Positions 46,454-55,459 of a stretch of DNA of 64,000 nucleotides are shown here, in pieces. Source of the stretch: Candidatus Wirthbacteria bacterium (GTDB taxonomy: Bacteria > Patescibacteriota > CG2-30-54-11); contig CAISZI010000010.1 of NCBI GenBank assembly GCA_903889905.1, positions 1,464 through 65,463 of the forward strand. Reading direction: 5' to 3'. Within the stretch, counting starts at the first letter, position 1. Each line of letters opens with the position of its first letter. A program made the translations under genes and the position numbers. The notes under the pieces were generated by a model. It saw only the letters and a list, made by a program, of their open reading frames with translations. It was not told where the DNA came from and did not search any database.

Positions 46454-46807
46454 ATGGCAGTTGCAATTCGCCTCGCCCGGCGCGGAAAAAGGACACAACC
46501 GCATTATAACATCATCGTGCAGGACAAAGAAAAGTCCCCCAAAGGTGGTTATATCGAAAAACTGGGATATTTTGAACCCTATACCAATCCTTCGACGCTT
46601 GTCCTGGATGGCGCCAAAACGCAGGAATGGATCAAGAACGGCGCACAGCCTAGCGAACGGGTTGCCAAATTGATCGTGCTTGCCGGTGGCAAAAAAATCG
46701 AACCCAAAGTCCGCAAAGCCAAGAAAAACTTTGGCGGCAAGTTCGTCAAAGCTGCTCCTGTTGAAGCTCCCAAAGCCGAAGTCAAAGCCGAAGCACCCAA
46801 GAGCTAA
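46454..46807 (+). CDS. rpsP: 30S ribosomal protein S16 with Lys/Ala-rich C-terminal extension
   Basis: MAVAIRLARRGKRTQPHYNIIV... The ORF-track start at 46448 is a GTG 2 codons upstream. C-terminal tail KVRKAKKNFGGKFVKAAPVEAPKAEVKAEAPKS. Confidence 0.85.
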   Translation: MAVAIRLARRGKRTQPHYNIIVQDKEKSPKGGYIEKLGYFEPYTNPSTLVLDGAKTQEWIKNGAQPSERVAKLIVLAGGKKIEPKVRKAKKNFGGKFVKAAPVEAPKAEVKAEAPKS

Positions 46808-46836
46808 GCCTAATCCCCGCTAATCGTGAGGAACGC

Positions 46837-47097
46837 ATGGAAAAAGCGATAGCTCTGCTGCAATATTTGGTGCAAGCCCTCGTCGATCATCCTGAAGTGG
46901 TGAGCGTGACTTCGGGTGTGCAGGAAAATGGCCTGGTGCTCAAAGTAACCGTTGACCCCCGGGATGCCGGCATGGTGATTGGCAAAAAAGGCTACGTCAT
47001 CCGTGCCATCCGTCAGCTGGTCAATGTCATCGGCAGCCGTGAACGAGAACGCGTCATGGTGGATATTATCCCGATCGAAGCAGCTCAGACCGCCTGA
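46837..47097 (+). CDS. KH-domain RNA-binding protein (YlqC/UPF0109 family)
   Basis: GMVIGKKGYVIRAIRQLV (GxxG KH motif). Conserved rpsP-ylqC-trmD neighbourhood. Confidence 0.75.
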   Translation: MEKAIALLQYLVQALVDHPEVVSVTSGVQENGLVLKVTVDPRDAGMVIGKKGYVIRAIRQLVNVIGSRERERVMVDIIPIEAAQTA

Positions 47098-47104
47098 TTT
47101 TTTC

Positions 47105-47140
47105 AAATCCCCGCAAGGGGATTTTTCATATCCTGTTTTT
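47105..47140 (+). terminator. Hairpin AAATCCCCGCAAGGGGATTT followed by T-rich tract between the KH gene and trmD (terminator/attenuator-like)
   Basis: 8-bp stem, 4-nt loop, then TTTCATATCCTGTTTTTT. Confidence 0.4.
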
Positions 47141-47158
47141 TACGCGGTCGTTGCAGTT

Positions 47159-47869
47159 ATGCAAATTGAAATTGTTACGCTTTTTCCCAAGATGTTTGAC
47201 GGCATTCTGGCCGAAAGCATGGTTAAACGTGGGGTAGAAGCTGGGGTGATTGGTGTCGGTTTTGTTGATCTGCGGCAGTTTGGGTCGGGCAAACACCAGG
47301 TCGTTGATGATCGTCCGTATGGCGGCGGCCCGGGCATGCTGCTCAAAGCCAAGCCACTGGTGGAAGCGATCGAAGCCGCGCAGGATAAATTATTGCTTAA
47401 AACCGGACTTGCGCTGCAGCAACAGGAAATTATCTACCTGTGTCCGCAGGGGCGACCTTATGTCCAGAGGGATGCCAAAGAGTTGTCCCAGAGCAAAGGC
47501 TTTGTCCTGGTTTGCGGGCACTATGAAGGGATTGACGAACGGGTCAGGGAACTCAAGATCACGCGGGAGATTTCCATGGGGGACTTTGTCCTTTCCGGCG
47601 GGGAGATCGCAGCGATGGCCGTCGTCGATAGCGTGGCGCGCCTGATTCCCGGGGTGCTGGGTGACCTGGAATCCACCCGCGAAGAAACTTTTGAAGACAA
47701 TCTGCTGGAATATCCGCAATACACTAGACCGCTGGAATACCGTGGGCTCAAAGTGCCAGACGTGTTGCTCTCTGGCCATCACGGGCAGGTCGAGGCATGG
47801 CGTACACAAGCGCGGTACGAGCGGACGGAGCAACGACGACCGGATCTGCTCCAAAAACGCCCCCAATAA
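47159..47869 (+). CDS. trmD: tRNA (guanine37-N1)-methyltransferase TrmD
   Basis: MQIEIVTLFPKMFDG..., DDRPYGGGPGM, VCGHYEGIDERV; SPOUT trefoil-knot family motifs. Confidence 0.85.
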   Translation: MQIEIVTLFPKMFDGILAESMVKRGVEAGVIGVGFVDLRQFGSGKHQVVDDRPYGGGPGMLLKAKPLVEAIEAAQDKLLLKTGLALQQQEIIYLCPQGRPYVQRDAKELSQSKGFVLVCGHYEGIDERVRELKITREISMGDFVLSGGEIAAMAVVDSVARLIPGVLGDLESTREETFEDNLLEYPQYTRPLEYRGLKVPDVLLSGHHGQVEAWRTQARYERTEQRRPDLLQKRPQ

Positions 47870-47947
47870 ACCGTCCCGCACAAACGACAATCCTTGGGAT
47901 TGCTGGATGATATCTGCTATAATTGATGCCAGCAGGCGCGTACTTAA

Positions 47948-49942
47948 TTGTGGCGACTAAAGGCAGTCATGCTTAGACAAAACAAAGATCAACATCCCGG
48001 GCAAATTATTCTCCTCTTGTTGCTGATTGTGGCACTGGGGTTGGTAATTGCTTTGTCGCTGATCCAAATCAGCTTGACGCAACAACAAACTGTGCGTTAT
48101 GACGACTTTGGTGTGCGTGCCTATTATGCGGCTGAAGCCGGCATTGAGGACGTCGTGCCCAAACTCAAGGACGCCGCCGATCTCAATGGCCAGGCCCTGG
48201 ACAATTTTCTCGCCAGTACCACCAATGGCATCTCCATCGCCACGGCGCAGCCGATTGATAGCAATATCAGCGGGGCGCCAACCTTTGTGCGCACCGTGAA
48301 GCGCAGCGATCCGGCGCTGGTGGTGACGCGTACCCTGGCCAACAATGCCGTCACGCAGATGGATTTGTCGGATGGCAACGGACTGGCGCTGGAAGACAAA
48401 AAACTACAGGTCGGCTGGCAGGATACCACTTGCAATCCCACCTCGGGTGGCTGTGACTGTGGTGCCGGCCAGTGTACGGCGCTGGTTGAGGTGACCGTAC
48501 TTTCCCAGCTGGCCAATACGACCAATCTGGTTGTCAATCCCAGCTTTGAAGCGCCCACCACGGGTGCCGCCGAAACAGCAGGTACCGCCACTGGCTGGAG
48601 CGTGATTGATGCCAGTTTGTCGGGTTCGCCCATTGCTTATATCGAGCACGAAACAACGCAAAATCTTACCCGTTACGGCACCGGTTCAGGGGCCACCTAT
48701 GCGGGACAGTCCCAAAAAATTACTTTGCTCAGTTACCCGGGCGTCGGTCAACCAGCCTGCAGCTGGGTCAAAAGTGATGGGACAGCGGTGCCGTCAGCCA
48801 ACCAGAGCAGTAGTCTCGTGGCGTACTACGGAACAGCGCCGGCTGCTGGCGTCTGCAACAGTACCGTACTGGGTTATGGCAAAAGTGCATTCGCTTGTTC
48901 CACTGCCGGCAGCGGCAGTTGTTACGATGTCGAAAACAGTTTTAGTAAAATACCTGTCGCGTCTCAGAACCAGACTCCCGGTAGTGCCGGGTCTTGCCTC
49001 AGCATGACGCCAGTGGCGGCGACACTTTTCAGTACAGCAACACCACTAGCCTGGAAATGCAATGCGCAACTCGGCAGCACCACCTCTCGGGTGGGCATCA
49101 GCCGGGCGGGAAACCTGATCAGTTTGGGTACTTTACCCGCGGCAGCCAATACGACCTTTACTCTGTCTGCCTATGTGCAGGTGCAGTCGCTCAACGCCGG
49201 ACAGGTACAGCTCGCGGTGGACGCTTATGATGCCGGCAATGTCTTAATTGCGAGTAGTCACCAGACGGTGGAAAGTTCCCATTTTGCCAGCAATGCCACC
49301 AGTGGCAGTAACTGGGAACGGATCTACCTGACCTTTCACTACAATGTGGCCATGACCAAAATCAACCCTTATATTTTTATGACACCTGGAGCAACCGGGA
49401 CTTTTTATGTAGATGGCGTGCAACTGGAGCAAGGCGTGACCGCGACCGAATATTGTGACAGCTCCCAGACATACAGCTCGGGCGGGATAACCTATGGCCA
49501 GTGCTATGCGAATGGGGACGGGACCAGTTACCGCAGCAACGTTTATTACATGGACAAATATTTTTATAATCCGCGGCCGGCGCTTTCGATCAATGCGACA
49601 CCATCGTCCTACAATGCGATCGATTACAACACGACGACCAAAACGATTGCCGAATTTATTCCCATTGTGCATGCCTCCAGCAACCGGCTGGTACGTATCC
49701 AGACCTACATGGGGACGGTTAGCCTGACCGTGTCAGCCATTGATCCCGCTAATGCCAATGCCTCCTACAATCTGCCAGGGCAGGATATTCAGATTATTTC
49801 CACAGGCAGTTATCAGGATACGAAGCAGACAGTTTCGCTGACACGCGGGCTACCGACATTACTTCCCCAATTTCAATTTGTTCTAAACAATCACGGCTGC
49901 GCCGAGGGCGGCGGATGCGTGGCCAAGGATTTGATTAAATAA
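47948..49942 (+). CDS. Large secreted protein with PilX-like N-terminal domain (type IV pilus-associated minor-pilin-like), Cys-rich
   Basis: N-terminus GQIILLLLLIVALGLVIALSLIQISLTQQQTVRYDDFGVRAYYAAEAGIE matches the PilX N-terminal domain pattern (hydrophobic helix ... QA..AAEAG.E). Confidence 0.4.
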   Translation: MWRLKAVMLRQNKDQHPGQIILLLLLIVALGLVIALSLIQISLTQQQTVRYDDFGVRAYYAAEAGIEDVVPKLKDAADLNGQALDNFLASTTNGISIATAQPIDSNISGAPTFVRTVKRSDPALVVTRTLANNAVTQMDLSDGNGLALEDKKLQVGWQDTTCNPTSGGCDCGAGQCTALVEVTVLSQLANTTNLVVNPSFEAPTTGAAETAGTATGWSVIDASLSGSPIAYIEHETTQNLTRYGTGSGATYAGQSQKITLLSYPGVGQPACSWVKSDGTAVPSANQSSSLVAYYGTAPAAGVCNSTVLGYGKSAFACSTAGSGSCYDVENSFSKIPVASQNQTPGSAGSCLSMTPVAATLFSTATPLAWKCNAQLGSTTSRVGISRAGNLISLGTLPAAANTTFTLSAYVQVQSLNAGQVQLAVDAYDAGNVLIASSHQTVESSHFASNATSGSNWERIYLTFHYNVAMTKINPYIFMTPGATGTFYVDGVQLEQGVTATEYCDSSQTYSSGGITYGQCYANGDGTSYRSNVYYMDKYFYNPRPALSINATPSSYNAIDYNTTTKTIAEFIPIVHASSNRLVRIQTYMGTVSLTVSAIDPANANASYNLPGQDIQIISTGSYQDTKQTVSLTRGLPTLLPQFQFVLNNHGCAEGGGCVAKDLIK

Positions 49943-49966
49943 AATTTCTTGTTAAAGGGTTACGCC

Positions 49967-52900
49967 ATGAGAAACATCTCTGCTTTTAGCCTAAAAAAAA
50001 TCTTCGTCCCTGTCGTGTTGCTCGCCGGCGTGCTGGCAGCAAGCGGATGGTTCGTCGCCAGCCAGGCCAGCGCGGCCACGAGCTTGACTGGACGCACCAT
50101 CAATTATCAGGGCCGGCTAAGGGACAAAAGCACGGGAGAATTGCTGACTGGGTCGAAGTGGATGTATTTTGAAATCAAAAATGTCGCAACGGGTACGGTT
50201 ACCGATCGTGATCCCAGTCCTTCTGGAGCGAAAGCGATCACGCTCGCCAATGGGGTTTTTGCCGAGCAGATTCCGATCAATATTACCGATCCGACCAATA
50301 CCGCGACAGACACTTACTTTGGGTTGGATACGGGTTCTACCTGGACGATTACGGTGTATGTCTGTACGGATGCAACGGCTGCCAGTTGCGATGCTTTTCC
50401 GCCACAGTCAGTGAGTGGAACGGCGTATGCACTCAATTCCGACATGCTCGATGGTCATCACTGGAGTGATGTTGTGGCGGCGTCGGGAAGTTATATCATG
50501 AACCAGACTGTCATCCAGACAGGAGCTAATTTTTATGTGGGTAATTCCGGCCGTATCGGCACGACGTTGACCGTAGATCAGAGTGCCAGTATCGGGACCA
50601 ATTTGACCGTCACCGGGAGTGTCGGGATTGGGACGGGTAGTCCTGCCGCTAAGTTGCAGATCACTGGTGGTAACGCCATCATCGAAAACACCAATGGGAC
50701 CAACAATCTGTTGACCCTCAGGAATATGGCCAATGCGGACCAGCTGCTGGCCGTGGGGATGAGTGGGGTGGGTGGCAGCATTCAAGGGCAATACGGGTTG
50801 GATTTGAGAAGTATTGCCAATAACGCGGGCTATTTTGTTGCACTGGGCACGGCCAATACGGAACGTATGCGCATTGATAATAGTGGCAATATTGGCATGG
50901 GAATGACAAGTCCGGGAACCAGGCTGGATGTCAAAGGGGGTGCGATTAGAGTCAACCAGCAAGCTGCCAACAGTGTCCGCGGTTCAGGTTTGGATGTCGG
51001 TTGGACAGGGACGGGTAATGCGGACATTTATTTTGGCGACTACACCAATGGTTGGGCTTTGGGGGAAAACGTGGATGCTTCCATGCGTATTTCTAAGACA
51101 TCCGGAACGATCCTTACCGACCTGGTGACGATTCAGAATGGCGGCAATGTCGGCATCGGGATCACGAATCCTGGCGCCAAACTGGATGTGAATGGGTCTT
51201 TGTATGTCGAAGGTCCCAATTCAACCATTGATTTCCGTTCTGGCGGCAATGCTCTGACCACGATCCGCGAAGCCAATGGCCTGACCCTTAATGGCAACAC
51301 CACACACCCGGTGCAAATTCCCAATGCCGGACTGATGGTGGGATATACTTTGGGGTCAACGTTTAACAGTGGCAACCTGGCGGTGCTCAACTGGGTTGGG
51401 ATTGGGACCACGGCACCGCGCACACAGCTGCATGTCGATACCACACCTTTTGCCAACACGACAGCGTCGGCGCAGTTTACGACGGGAGGTACGAGCGATG
51501 CCGCAACCGATGGTTTGTTGATCGGTTACGACGATAGTATCCCGGGTGCCAAAATCATGAACCAGGAAGCGGCGAACCTGGTGCTTGGGACAAACAATAC
51601 GGAACGGATGCGCATTAACACTGCTGGTAATGTTGGGATTGGGACAACCAGTCCCAAAAGCACATTGGATGTCAACGGATCGCTGGCTGTTGGTACTTAT
51701 GCTGGGACATCGGCTGCACCCACCAATGGGTTGATCGTTTCGGGTAATGTCGGTATCGGCACGACTAATCCGCTGGGTAAATTCCAGGCGATTTTGCCGG
51801 CGTGGACGAGCTGGGACACCGATGCCCAGCAGGCCATTTTTGGGTCCGGGACTTCGGGTTATGGCGTCCGGATTGGATACAATGACGCCAATAACCTGGG
51901 AGTTATCAATGTCCTCAAGCCGGGGGTAGCGTGGGGGAATCTGAGTCTGCAGGCGGGTTTTGGCAATGTCGGTATCGGGACAACGAGTCCAACCCAGAAA
52001 CTGGAAGTGAACGGCACAACCAAAACGACGACTTTGCAAATCGCCAGCCTCACGGTGCCTTGCAGCAATGGGCTGATCACCACGGATACCAATGGTACGG
52101 TGGCCTGCAGCGCCACGAGTTACGTCAAAGGTTCCGGTACCCAAAACTACGTGCCCAAATTCAACACACCAGCGGGAGATACCATTGGCAACTCGCTGAT
52201 TTTTGACAATGGCACGAATGTCGGGATCGGGACCACTGCGCCGGGTCAGAAGTTGGACGTGATCGGGAAGATCAGAGCACTCAATGCTTCAGGGTCAGGA
52301 GTGAAACTTGTTCCTGATGGTGCAGCGGGCAATAATTATAGTTCTGCCGGCATTTATACCGTTGATTTTGCCAATGCCGCCACTTATGGACTCCTCAATC
52401 CGGGGCCCGAAGCCAACATGATGTTCCGTACTGATAACTGGAATTCCACTTTTGTCTTTGGTAATACAAAGTCACCAGGTACGACGTCGGATTTTCAAGA
52501 AAAAATGCGGTTGGATGTGAATGGCAACCTTGGCCTTGGGACCACGAATCCGCAGTCGTCACTTCACGTCTATGCGGCCAACCCTAGCGGCAACAGCCGG
52601 ATCATGGAAACACTGGAAAGTGGGGATTCGGGGGGCAGTGCGCTTATCGGACTCACGCTCAAAACAGCAACCGCGAATTCCTCTGGTGGGATCAATGTCT
52701 ACGATGCGGGCTATACTGCGACCGTCGGTTTTGCCGGCACGACAGCGCTTTACTCCAACGACACGGGCGGGGTGATGTTGGCTGCCGCCAATGCAGCAGG
52801 GGATATCTCCTTCCTGACCGGCGGACTCACGGTGCCTGCCAATCAGCGCATGGTGATCAATCCGACGGGCAAAGTCGGGATCGGTATCACCAATCCGACG

Positions 52901-55444
52901 AATGCCTATACTTTGACCGTCCAGAATGGGACCTATTTTACAGGATACACTGCTGGCATTAACCAGCTAAATTATGTTTCACCCTGGGTAACTTTTGCCG
53001 GGAATACAGCCACAACGCTGGATGGTCTATTCCATCCTCCGGGTTTGACGACCGATGGTGCCGGGAATATGAAGTCGGTCAATAATTATGGGCTCAGCAT
53101 TGGTTGGAACGCTGGTTCGGGCAGTGGCACGAGCAATATCGTTTTTTCCAATACCGAGTCTCAACCTGCCTGTGATGGCTCAAGAACGCCACCTGTTTGT
53201 TACTACCCCAGTATCACGACTCCTCCACCCAATGGTACTTATCCGTTCACTTATACCGACCCCACAGGTGATTCATTAAATAACCCCGCCGATGTCTATC
53301 CTTACCGTTATCGCTACAACCCGGTCAATTCTGACAGCTGGTATTATACCGGGCAGGATGCTGTTACTGGTAAACCATCCGTTAGTTTTCCCGCAACAGT
53401 AGGATTCTCTGGCTGGACCAAGGGACTGGATATCGCCTCCTATGATGGCAGCCCGCTCAGTACCAGTCAGAGCAATAATGGTTATCATTCCCGTATGTAT
53501 TTTGATGCCTATCGTCCCTATATCGGGTTGAATATGGGCTCTGGACCGAGCTTGTGGACTATGCCTAATGCCAACCTTGATATTCGCGGGACGTCGCTGC
53601 GGTTTGGCCTGAATGGTGATCCCTTCATGAATATCCCCACGAAGGCAACCGACGCTTCCGATACCCTGGGATTGATTGCCGTGGCGAATACGATTAATAA
53701 TACCGATTATCGTTACTATGTTGAAGACGACGCCACGGATTCGATTTCGTTCTGGGGCAATAGTTGCGGCGGTGGGGCTTGCTTTGATTTGAGTAAATCA
53801 TCGAATATCATGACGATTATGGGCGGAGGCAACGTGGGGATTGGGACGACCGATCCGTGGGCTAAACTGGAAACCACCGTATCGGGAATCTGGTCAAATG
53901 CTGAATGGGCGAAAAATGGCTTGCAAACATCAACTGGTCACACCAACAGTGATTATTCCCTGTATATGGGTGCAGATGCCACCAATCATCTTTCCTATAT
54001 CCAATCAGTTAACGCGCTTGTTGGCATGGCAAATTTGGTGTTGAATGCTAGAGGTGGGAACGTGGGGATTGGGACGACGAATCCGCAAGCGAATTTGCAT
54101 GTTTTTAACACCACAACCTCTTCACCTCGCAATCTCGTCTTGGAACAAAATAATGCCGGCGCGGACGCGGTGCAAATTGTGACGCAAAAAAGTCATGGCA
54201 CAGGGACAACCCTGGCAGCGGTGCAGGCCAACGACAAATTGGTTAATGTGGCATTTCAGGGGTATGACGGAACGGGCTATCATTCGGGTGCCAATATCAT
54301 TGCCTATGCCGAAACGGCTTTTGCGGCCAATTCTTGGAACAGTAATTTGACATTCAGCACCACCAGTGCAGCCAGCTCCATTGAAAGAATGAGAATTACT
54401 TCAGTGGGCAATGTCGGCATTGGGACGACCAATCCGTTAGTGCCTTTGGACGTCAACGGAGTCATCCGCCAAAAAGGCTGCGTCAACTCCGACTGTTATG
54501 CTGATGGCAATGGGCAGTTTACCAATTTTTCGGATGAGAGATTAAAAGACATTCATGGCATGTACCAGGGCGGATTGAGTGAACTTACGCAAATCAATCC
54601 AATTATCTTTAACCTCAAGGGCGAAGGGTACACCCACGTCGGGTTTTCCGCACAGAATGTTCAAAAGGTACTTCCCGAAGCAACTCCGCTTCAAGCTGAT
54701 GGATATCTTGGATTAGATAGCAGGGCTGTTCTGGCGCTGACGGTGAATTCTGTCAAAGAACTGCAAGCCGAAATCTCGACTTTGCAAACAAAAGGAACGA
54801 CCATCAATATTGGCGATTACCAGCTGCTCGGAAATGTCAATAATAATTATGAGACCGTCAATACCCAGGGCAAAGTCATCACCAATGTCGACGTCTTCTC
54901 CAAAGCCATGGTTGCCGACCTGCAGGCCGGAACGATCACGGCTAAGTCCATCCAGACCGACAATCTCACTATTGGCAACAAGTCGCTTAAGGATTACATC
55001 ACCACTATTGTTGATCAGGAAATTGCTACCAAACTGGCGGGTTCAAGTGGTAATGGTGCAACGCAGCAAATCACCACCACCGGCAGTTTTGCGCCTGGTG
55101 ACGTGGTGGCCATTGATGCCGCCAATCCCGGCCAATTGCGTCTGAGTCAAACCGCCTATGAGTCTGCGGTGGCGGGCGTTGTGGCTGACCATGCGGCCGG
55201 AGCCAGTCAGGTACAGATCGATAAGGCAACCGTGGTACTGGCGGGGCGGACGCTGGTCAAGGTGACGACAGAAAACGGCCCGATTCATGCGGGAGATCTG
55301 CTGGTAACTGCCAGCAAACCCGGTTATGCCATGAAGGGTGACAAGATGAAAATTATCTTGAATCCCGGCGTTGTCCTCGGTAAAGCCATGGCTAATCTGG
55401 CTAGTGGCGAGGGCAGTCTGTTGGTGCTGGTCAATTTACAATAA
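49967..55444 (+). CDS. Giant secreted tail-fibre-like protein (~1825 aa) with many NVGIGTT(N/S)P..KL(D/E)V repeats, an internal Peptidase_S74 intramolecular-chaperone domain, and a C-terminal domain shared with the downstream paralogue
   Basis: Signal peptide MRNISAFSLKKIFVPVVLLAGVLAASGWFVASQASA (ATG 49967 with AAGGG RBS). S74 domain motifs SDERLKDIHGM, LSELTQINPIIFNLK, VGFSAQNVQKVLPEA, LGLDSRAVLALTVNSVKELQAEISTLQ at ~54.5-54.8 kb. Confidence 0.65.
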   Translation: MRNISAFSLKKIFVPVVLLAGVLAASGWFVASQASAATSLTGRTINYQGRLRDKSTGELLTGSKWMYFEIKNVATGTVTDRDPSPSGAKAITLANGVFAEQIPINITDPTNTATDTYFGLDTGSTWTITVYVCTDATAASCDAFPPQSVSGTAYALNSDMLDGHHWSDVVAASGSYIMNQTVIQTGANFYVGNSGRIGTTLTVDQSASIGTNLTVTGSVGIGTGSPAAKLQITGGNAIIENTNGTNNLLTLRNMANADQLLAVGMSGVGGSIQGQYGLDLRSIANNAGYFVALGTANTERMRIDNSGNIGMGMTSPGTRLDVKGGAIRVNQQAANSVRGSGLDVGWTGTGNADIYFGDYTNGWALGENVDASMRISKTSGTILTDLVTIQNGGNVGIGITNPGAKLDVNGSLYVEGPNSTIDFRSGGNALTTIREANGLTLNGNTTHPVQIPNAGLMVGYTLGSTFNSGNLAVLNWVGIGTTAPRTQLHVDTTPFANTTASAQFTTGGTSDAATDGLLIGYDDSIPGAKIMNQEAANLVLGTNNTERMRINTAGNVGIGTTSPKSTLDVNGSLAVGTYAGTSAAPTNGLIVSGNVGIGTTNPLGKFQAILPAWTSWDTDAQQAIFGSGTSGYGVRIGYNDANNLGVINVLKPGVAWGNLSLQAGFGNVGIGTTSPTQKLEVNGTTKTTTLQIASLTVPCSNGLITTDTNGTVACSATSYVKGSGTQNYVPKFNTPAGDTIGNSLIFDNGTNVGIGTTAPGQKLDVIGKIRALNASGSGVKLVPDGAAGNNYSSAGIYTVDFANAATYGLLNPGPEANMMFRTDNWNSTFVFGNTKSPGTTSDFQEKMRLDVNGNLGLGTTNPQSSLHVYAANPSGNSRIMETLESGDSGGSALIGLTLKTATANSSGGINVYDAGYTATVGFAGTTALYSNDTGGVMLAAANAAGDISFLTGGLTVPANQRMVINPTGKVGIGITNPTNAYTLTVQNGTYFTGYTAGINQLNYVSPWVTFAGNTATTLDGLFHPPGLTTDGAGNMKSVNNYGLSIGWNAGSGSGTSNIVFSNTESQPACDGSRTPPVCYYPSITTPPPNGTYPFTYTDPTGDSLNNPADVYPYRYRYNPVNSDSWYYTGQDAVTGKPSVSFPATVGFSGWTKGLDIASYDGSPLSTSQSNNGYHSRMYFDAYRPYIGLNMGSGPSLWTMPNANLDIRGTSLRFGLNGDPFMNIPTKATDASDTLGLIAVANTINNTDYRYYVEDDATDSISFWGNSCGGGACFDLSKSSNIMTIMGGGNVGIGTTDPWAKLETTVSGIWSNAEWAKNGLQTSTGHTNSDYSLYMGADATNHLSYIQSVNALVGMANLVLNARGGNVGIGTTNPQANLHVFNTTTSSPRNLVLEQNNAGADAVQIVTQKSHGTGTTLAAVQANDKLVNVAFQGYDGTGYHSGANIIAYAETAFAANSWNSNLTFSTTSAASSIERMRITSVGNVGIGTTNPLVPLDVNGVIRQKGCVNSDCYADGNGQFTNFSDERLKDIHGMYQGGLSELTQINPIIFNLKGEGYTHVGFSAQNVQKVLPEATPLQADGYLGLDSRAVLALTVNSVKELQAEISTLQTKGTTINIGDYQLLGNVNNNYETVNTQGKVITNVDVFSKAMVADLQAGTITAKSIQTDNLTIGNKSLKDYITTIVDQEIATKLAGSSGNGATQQITTTGSFAPGDVVAIDAANPGQLRLSQTAYESAVAGVVADHAAGASQVQIDKATVVLAGRTLVKVTTENGPIHAGDLLVTASKPGYAMKGDKMKIILNPGVVLGKAMANLASGEGSLLVLVNLQ

Positions 55445-55459
55445 AGTCAGGCGATATTC

